Shown here piece by piece: positions 14,996-20,641 of a DNA stretch of 20,641 nucleotides. The notes beneath the pieces are model-generated. The model did no database searches. It saw nothing but the letters and a program-made list of their open reading frames with translations, and was not told where the DNA came from. Both the position numbers and the translations under genes were made by a program. The number at the start of each line of letters is the position of its first letter. Position 1 is the first letter of the stretch. The stretch is from a virus (Duplodnaviria > Heunggongvirae > Uroviricota > Caudoviricetes): IMG/VR virus record IMGVR_UViG_2537562190_000023; one strand, written 5' to 3'.

Positions 14996-15180
14996 CTTCA
15001 GCGTTTGCACTGATAATGACCGTTTTTCTTATAACGGGTGAGCCGCAGAATGTGATTACCGGAATTTATTACAGTAAGTCATCCTGCATTCAGGTAAGGG
15101 ACGAACAAAAAATCCCCGGTGAATGCCTCCCGTTAAAAAAAGTATCGCTGTACCTGAATAACGAAACACCGGCTGGATAA
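14992..15180 (+). CDS. Hypothetical small protein with hydrophobic N-terminus, 62 aa
   Basis: GTG start overlapping the previous stop (GTGA), GGAG 7 nt upstream. N-terminal hydrophobic segment ALIMTVFLITG. Confidence 0.35.
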   Translation: MTSAFALIMTVFLITGEPQNVITGIYYSKSSCIQVRDEQKIPGECLPLKKVSLYLNNETPAG

Positions 15181-15272
15181 CCCGCCAGCCATATTAACGC
15201 CATACCAACGGATTAAAAATGCCAGCAATGGCAGGAATTTGTTCATCCTTAAAATGGTTATGAGGTTTATCA

Positions 15273-16874
15273 ATGAACGCTGATAAAGAAGAAATTGCAC
15301 TATATTACGAAGCCAAAAATGACAAAGTCAGAAAACGCCTTGGGATTAAAGGTGGTTTTTACTGGCGCACAGCAAAAAAATTATCGGTTGCAATATCACG
15401 TGGTGTTGCTGCAATGGACGATGCCGGATTTGACGAAGAGGATTTTAAAAAACCCATCCGCGTCCATTTACCCGTTGTGAATGACCTTCCACCGGAAGGT
15501 GTGTTTGATACTGAATTCTGCAACCGATACGAAAAAGGCGGAGAAGATGGTATCACAATGATACTTATCGCGCCCTCTGTTCCGGACAAACCAGCCAGTA
15601 CTGACAATACCAACGTCAACGGCGAAGACATGGCTAAGATTGAGGAGAATATGCTTCTTCCGGTTTCAGGTCAGATTCTGCCTGTTCGCTGGCTGGCGCA
15701 ACACAACAGCGAAAAACCGCTCACGCACGTTTCACTGGACAAACTGCGCGCATTACATAACGCACAGGATGAAAAACTTCCCGCCGTTACCGCGCTGGCC
15801 ATCTCAAATAAAGCAGTGCAACTCGAACCGCTGGAGCTTCGGGATTTGTACAAACTGGTGCGAGACACTGACAAAGTTTTCCCCGCCCCCGTAAATTCGG
15901 ACCTGGGACTGATGACCTCTTTTATCGAAGCATACCTGGGCGCTGACTACACCGATCGCGGTCTGCTTACAAAAGAGTGGATGAAAGGAAATCGTGTTTC
16001 ACGCATCAGCCGCACGCCATCCGGCGCTAACGCTGGCGGCGGCATTCTTACCGATCGCGGCGAAGGTTTTGTCCACGATGATGCGTCAGTGGCGCGTGAC
16101 GTAGCCACTGGCGTACTGGCCCGTTCAATGGACGTGGATATTTATAACCTTCATCCCGCGCACGCTAAACGCATTGAGGAAATTATCGCTGAAAATAAAC
16201 CGCCATTTTCTGTGTTTTTCAGCAAATTCATCACCATGCCGGGCCACAAGGATTACTCCCGCGCCATCGTGGTTGCGTCCGTGAAAGAAGCACCAATTGG
16301 TATAGAGGCTACTCCCCACCGTGTCACCGAATACCTGAATAAGGTGCTGACTGAAACCGATCATGCCACCCCTGATCCGGAAATCGTGGATATTGCCTGT
16401 GGTCGCTCCTCTGCCCCGATGCCGCAGCGTGTAACAAAAGAAGGAAAACAGGATGATGAAGAAAAACCGCAGCCATCTGGCGCAATGGCAGATGAACAGG
16501 CAACGACTGAAGCAGTGGAACCGGATACAACTGAACATAATCAGGACACGCAGTCGATGGATGCTCAGCCACAGATAAATTCTGTTGATGCGAAATATCA
16601 GAAACTGCGTGCAGAACTCCATGAAGCCAAGAAAAACATTCCACCCAAAAATCCTGTCGATGCAGATAAATTACTGGCTGCTTCTCGAGGAGAATTTGTT
16701 GAAGGGATTAGCGACCCGAATGATCCAAAATGGGTGAAGGGGATCCAGAGTCGCGATGATGATGACCAGAATCAGGATAAAGCGGAACAAAACAGCCCAA
16801 ATGCGTTACAAAACGAGCCAAAAACAAAACAACCTGAACCGCCCCGGGTTTCCTGGAGAGTGTTTTATCTGTGA
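15273..16874 (+). pseudogene. RecE-like protein, N-terminal fragment truncated by IS629 insertion (last 13 codons and stop are IS-derived)
   Basis: ATG at 15273 with SD GAGG. Long stretches resemble the N-terminal region of Rac RecE as recalled (for example [80 protein letters not shown]). The frame enters the IS at 16835 and stops at 16872-16874. Confidence 0.8.
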
Positions 16875-16876
16875 AC

Positions 16877-17764
16877 TCAGGCTGCCAGATCATCGTTTCC
16901 GATGGAAGCATAATAAGCTTTTTCTGCTTCTGCCGGGGGAGTATGGCCCAGCCTTTCCAGCAATCGTCGATTGTTATACCAGTCCACCCACGTGAGTGTG
17001 GCCAGTTCCACTTCTGCACGGTTTTTCCAGCTCTTACGGTGTATTACCTCCGCTTTGTAAAGACCATTGATGCTCTCCGCCATCGCGTTGTCATACGAGT
17101 CGCCAGTACTCCCTGTTGATGCCAGTAATCCGGCTTCCTTAAGCCGCTGCGTGTAGGCCAGCGATACATACTGAGAACCTTTATCACTGTGATGGATTGT
17201 GCCGGACGGCCGACGGGCCCACAACGCCTGCTCCAGTGCATCCAGCACGAATGTTGTTTCCATGGATGATGAGACCTGCCATCCCACGATGTATCCGGCG
17301 AACACATCAATGATGAACGCCACATAAACGAAGCCCTGCCATGTGCTTACCCAGGTAAAATCAGCCACCCACAACTGGTCTGGACGTTCTGCCACGAACT
17401 GACGGTTTACGCGGTCGCATGCGGCAACGGCTTTCCGGCTGACGGTAGTGCGGACCTTTTTACCCCGGAGAACACCGGCAAGTCCCATAACCGCCATGAG
17501 ACGTGCCACAGTGCATCTGGCCACTCTGATACCTTCCCGTAACAACTGACGCCAGACTTTACGCACACCGTATACCTTGTGATTTTCATCGTATACGCGC
17601 TGTATCTCTTTCTTCAGCCAGTCATCGCGCTGCGCACGGGCACTGCGTTTATCCGGATAATGTCGCTGTTGCTGACAGTGGTAATACGTTGACGGGGCAA
17701 TATGCAGTTCGCTGCATACCGGTCCGACCCCGTACTGCTCACGCAGCTTATCCAGCAGTGGCAT
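16877..17764 (-). CDS. IS629 transposase OrfB (DDE catalytic domain)
   Basis: 295 aa beginning [29 protein letters not shown] and ending ASIGNDDLAA, matching IS629 OrfB as recalled. ATG overlaps the orfA stop (TAATG). Confidence 0.9.
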   Translation of the reverse strand: MPLLDKLREQYGVGPVCSELHIAPSTYYHCQQQRHYPDKRSARAQRDDWLKKEIQRVYDENHKVYGVRKVWRQLLREGIRVARCTVARLMAVMGLAGVLRGKKVRTTVSRKAVAACDRVNRQFVAERPDQLWVADFTWVSTWQGFVYVAFIIDVFAGYIVGWQVSSSMETTFVLDALEQALWARRPSGTIHHSDKGSQYVSLAYTQRLKEAGLLASTGSTGDSYDNAMAESINGLYKAEVIHRKSWKNRAEVELATLTWVDWYNNRRLLERLGHTPPAEAEKAYYASIGNDDLAA

Positions 17765-18090
17765 TATTTTTTCCAGAGGCGGTCGAACTCCGCCTTCGCA
17801 AAATAAGCGGAAGCCTGGCGAAGGATATCGTTACTGCGGCGCAGTTCACGATTTTCACGTTCCAGCTCTTTCAGACGCTGACGTTCAGCGGTGGTGAGTC
17901 CACCATCACCACTCCCGGTATCCCGCTCATGCTGGCGAACCCAGACACGCAGAGTCTCCGGCGTACAGCCAATCTTTGGGGCAATGGAACAAATTGCCGC
18001 CCACTGTGAGTCATATTCATCCTGACTTTCCAGAACCATACGAATCGCCCGCTGACGGACTTCGGGGGAAAAACGAGTATTTTTAGTCAT
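17764..18090 (-). CDS. IS629 transposase OrfA (HTH / leucine-zipper part)
   Basis: 108 aa [59 protein letters not shown]..., matching IS629 OrfA as recalled. An A6 run sits at the orfA/orfB junction, where IS3-family -1 frameshifting occurs. Confidence 0.9.
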   Translation of the reverse strand: MTKNTRFSPEVRQRAIRMVLESQDEYDSQWAAICSIAPKIGCTPETLRVWVRQHERDTGSGDGGLTTAERQRLKELERENRELRRSNDILRQASAYFAKAEFDRLWKK

Positions 18091-18157
18091 CCTGTTTACC
18101 TCTTTCTCAGGGAGTTTAGTCTCCAGGATTTCCGGGGCGGTTCAACCTGAACCAGTA

Positions 18158-19003
18158 GTGCAACAAGAACCAGAAAAAGTTTGCACCACATGTGGTCAGA
18201 CCGATGGCGGCAACTGCCCTGATTGTGGAGCGGTAATGGGTGACGCAACCTACCAAGAGACATTCAACGAAGAAAGCCAGGATGAAGCCCGGAAAAAAAA
18301 TCCGGAGGAAATGGAAAATGCCGTGCTCCCGAATAAGCAATGCACCGAAGGCGATCAACATGCCAATGGCAATAATGAAACAGGCGAGACAGCAAATCCC
18401 TTAATTACGGTGAACGGTCATCACGTTATCACATCCACCAGCAGGACGTGTGACCATCTAATGATCGACCTTAAAACCATGGGAAAAAATCCTGATGCCC
18501 CGATTATCTCAATAGGTGCAATATTTTTCGATCCGCAAACCGGAGATATGGGACCGGAATTTAGTAAGACTATCGATCTGGAAACTGCTGGCGGAGTCAT
18601 TGATCGGGACACCATTAAACGGTGGCTTAAGCAATCACGCGAAGCGCAATCTGCCATTATGACCGATGAAATCCCGTTAGATGATGCACTGTTACAATTG
18701 CGGGAATTTATCGACGAAAACTCCGGTGAATTTTTTGTTCAGGTCTGGGGAAATGGAGCCAACTTCGACAACACGATTTTGCGCCGTTCATACGAACGGC
18801 AGGGGATCCCCTGCCCGTGGCGTTACTACAACGATCGCGATGTACGCACAATCGTTGAGCTGGGGAAAGCCATAGACTTCGATGTCAGAACTGCTATCCC
18901 ATTCGAAGGTGAGCGCCATAATGCACTTGATGACGCCCGTTATCAGGCAAAATACGTTTCAGCTATCTGGAAAAAACTGATCCCGAGTCAGGCTGATTTT
19001 TAA
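18158..19003 (+). CDS. C-terminal fragment of the IS-split RecE-like gene: DnaQ-like 3'-5' exonuclease domain
   Basis: In frame with 15273-16834 once the IS and one ACC copy are removed (…[17 protein letters not shown]…). Exonuclease motifs [13 protein letters not shown] and [13 protein letters not shown] are present. First motif reads MIDLKTMG. The ORF begins with GTG at 18158; an internal ATG at 18461 precedes the domain. Confidence 0.7.
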   Translation: MQQEPEKVCTTCGQTDGGNCPDCGAVMGDATYQETFNEESQDEARKKNPEEMENAVLPNKQCTEGDQHANGNNETGETANPLITVNGHHVITSTSRTCDHLMIDLKTMGKNPDAPIISIGAIFFDPQTGDMGPEFSKTIDLETAGGVIDRDTIKRWLKQSREAQSAIMTDEIPLDDALLQLREFIDENSGEFFVQVWGNGANFDNTILRRSYERQGIPCPWRYYNDRDVRTIVELGKAIDFDVRTAIPFEGERHNALDDARYQAKYVSAIWKKLIPSQADF

Positions 19004-19074
19004 TGTTCAACCGTCGTCGGTTGCAATTGGTATTCTGCAACCGGCGTTCATCTGATGTAAGAGATAAAGAATCG

Positions 19075-19326
19075 ATGAGCGAAGTAATCATGATCGTCTC
19101 TCCTGGCAAATGGGTATCCGAAGAGCAGTTAATTGCACTTAAAGGAATCAAAAAGGGAACGCTAAAAAAAGCCAGGGAAAAATCGTTTATGGAAGGAAGG
19201 GAATATAAGCATGTCGCTCATGACGGTATGCCATGGGATAACAGTCCATGCTTTTACAACCTGGAAGAAATTGATCGCTGGATTGAGCGCCAGGCATCTG
19301 CAAGACCAAGACGTCATCTTGCTTGA
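19075..19326 (+). CDS. xis: Excisionase-like protein (DUF1233 / putative excisionase family)
   Basis: ATG at 19075 (MSEVIMIVSPGKWVSEEQLIALKGIKKGTLKKAREKSFMEGREYKHVAHDGMPWDNSPCFYNLEEIDRWIERQ). Lies immediately upstream of int. An in-frame ATG at 19003 overlapping the exonuclease stop is an alternative start. Confidence 0.55.
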   Translation: MSEVIMIVSPGKWVSEEQLIALKGIKKGTLKKAREKSFMEGREYKHVAHDGMPWDNSPCFYNLEEIDRWIERQASARPRRHLA

Positions 19327-19345
19327 CTAAAAGCAACACGAACCA

Positions 19346-20641
19346 ATGAGAGAAGCTGAAATGAAATATCCGACAGGCGTGGAAAACCATGGAGGGAAAT
19401 TACGTATCTGGTTTGTTTATAAAGGTGTAAGAGTCCGGGAAAATCTTGGGGTTCCTGACACAGCAAAAAACAGGCGCATTGCAGGTGAGCTACGCGCCTC
19501 TGTTTGTTACGCAATAAAAACTGGCGCTTTCGACTATGCAAAACAGTTTCCCGCCTCACACAATCTGGAAAAATTTGGTGAGGCCCGACAAGATTTAACC
19601 ATAAAAGAACTGGCTGAAAAATTTCTGGCACTGAAAGAAACTGAAGTCGCAAAAACGTCACTCAACACGTACCGTGCCGTCATCAAAAATATTCTGAGCA
19701 TAATCGGTGAAAAAAATCTTGCATCATCGATTAATAAAGAAAAATTGCTGGCGGTACGTAAAGAGTTACTGACTGGATACCAGATCCCCAAAAGTAACTA
19801 TATTGTTACACAACCAGGGAGATCGGCTGTTACCGTAAATAATTACATGACAAATCTTTACGCCGTGTTCCAGTTTGGTGTTGATAACGGTTATCTGGCA
19901 AACAATCCATTTAAGGGGATCTCACCATTAAAGGAGTCGAGAACCATCCCGGATCCACTTTCGCGGGAGGAGTTTATCCGCCTTATTGACGCGTGCAGAA
20001 ATCAGCAAGCCAAAAATTTATGGTGTGTTTCCGTTTATACTGGGATTCGCCCTGGTGAACTGTGTGCGCTTGGATGGGAAGATATAGATCTGAAAAATGG
20101 AACAATGATAATCAGAAGAAATCTGGCAAAAGACCGTTTTACAGTACCAAAAACACAGGCGGGAACCAATCGTGTGATTCACCTTATTAATCCCGCAATC
20201 GACGCTCTCCGGAGTCAGATGGCACTAACGAGACTGAGCAAAGAGCATATCATCGATGTTCACCTCAGAGAATTCGGCAGAACAGAGAAACAAAAATGTA
20301 CCTTTGTTTTTCAACCTGAAGTGTCAGCGAAAGTAAAAAATTATGGTGACCATTTTACCGTTGACTCAATAAGGCAGATGTGGGACGCAGCGGTAAAGCG
20401 TGCCGGAATCCGCCATCGCAAATCGTATCAGTCGAGACACACTTATGCCTGCTGGTCGTTAACAGCAGGAGCTAACCCGGCATTCATTGCAAACCAGATG
20501 GGCCATGCAGATGCGCAAATGGTGTTTCAGGTGTACGGGAAATGGATGTCAGAAAATAATAATGCGCAGGTAACGCTGTTAAATACACAGTTAAGCGAGT
20601 TTGCCCCAACCATGCCCCATAACGAAGCGATGAAAAGTTAA
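19346..20641 (+). CDS. int: Phage integrase, tyrosine recombinase family
   Basis: 431-aa ORF (or 426 aa from the ATG at 19361). C-terminal catalytic region with R...H..R...Y signature (RNLAKDRF, SRHTYACWSL, MVFQVYGKWM). The stop codon is the last triplet of the window. Confidence 0.85.
   Translation: MREAEMKYPTGVENHGGKLRIWFVYKGVRVRENLGVPDTAKNRRIAGELRASVCYAIKTGAFDYAKQFPASHNLEKFGEARQDLTIKELAEKFLALKETEVAKTSLNTYRAVIKNILSIIGEKNLASSINKEKLLAVRKELLTGYQIPKSNYIVTQPGRSAVTVNNYMTNLYAVFQFGVDNGYLANNPFKGISPLKESRTIPDPLSREEFIRLIDACRNQQAKNLWCVSVYTGIRPGELCALGWEDIDLKNGTMIIRRNLAKDRFTVPKTQAGTNRVIHLINPAIDALRSQMALTRLSKEHIIDVHLREFGRTEKQKCTFVFQPEVSAKVKNYGDHFTVDSIRQMWDAAVKRAGIRHRKSYQSRHTYACWSLTAGANPAFIANQMGHADAQMVFQVYGKWMSENNNAQVTLLNTQLSEFAPTMPHNEAMKS

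Larger units (their letters stand above)
16835..18144 (-). mobile_element. IS629-type IS3-family insertion sequence, 1310 bp, with 3-bp target duplication ACC
   Basis: Ends TGAACCGCCCCGGG...CCGGGGCGGTTCA (imperfect terminal inverted repeats, TG...CA termini). Flanking ACC at 16832-16834 and 18145-18147. Carries orfA and orfB in -1 frame relationship. Confidence 0.9.

Noticed and set aside
16125-16644. Minus-strand ORFs of 165 and 106 aa inside the RecE-like N-terminal fragment
   Set aside because: Antisense to a coding region with recognisable RecE similarity. Cys/Phe/His-rich, non-protein-like composition.
17044-17589. Minus-strand ORFs of 93 and 60 aa inside the IS element
   Set aside because: Alternative frames within the transposase OrfB coding sequence.
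1-20641. CRISPR arrays or long tandem repeats
   Set aside because: No regularly spaced direct repeats of 25-40 bp were seen. The only repeat arrays are the iterons and short operator motifs.

Overview
This window reads as part of a lambdoid prophage of an Enterobacteriaceae host (E. coli-like), from the start of the lysis cassette to the integrase. All calls come from reading the six-frame translations and the DNA by eye; no searches or alignments were run. Minus strand, right to left: replication initiator with internal iterons, P-like helicase loader, a double winged-helix protein, about 850 bp of degenerate DNA, an AT-rich moron encoding an orphan periplasmic binding protein, a hok/sok-type toxin locus, then a translationally coupled block (92-aa ORF, DUF968/YdfU-like, rusA, Q-like antiterminator), a pR'/tR'-like unit, a TerB-like pseudogene, a NanS-p-type sialate O-acetylesterase, two small genes, holin, and a partial gene at coordinate 1. 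Plus strand, left to right: a short XRE-type repressor flanked on both sides by a shared operator motif, small early genes, a RecE-like gene split in frame by a 1310-bp IS629-type IS3-family element, an excisionase-like gene and a tyrosine integrase whose stop is the last base of the window. A Cro/YdaS-like and YdaT-like pair lies divergent from the repressor. No stx genes, tRNAs or CRISPR arrays were found. The best candidates for something undescribed are: an antisense zinc-ribbon gene with its own promoter inside the early-left region, the orphan binding-protein moron with a 12-bp-arm palindromic operator, and the RecE-like scaffold carrying a DnaQ-like domain whose first catalytic motif reads D-L-K rather than D-x-E.
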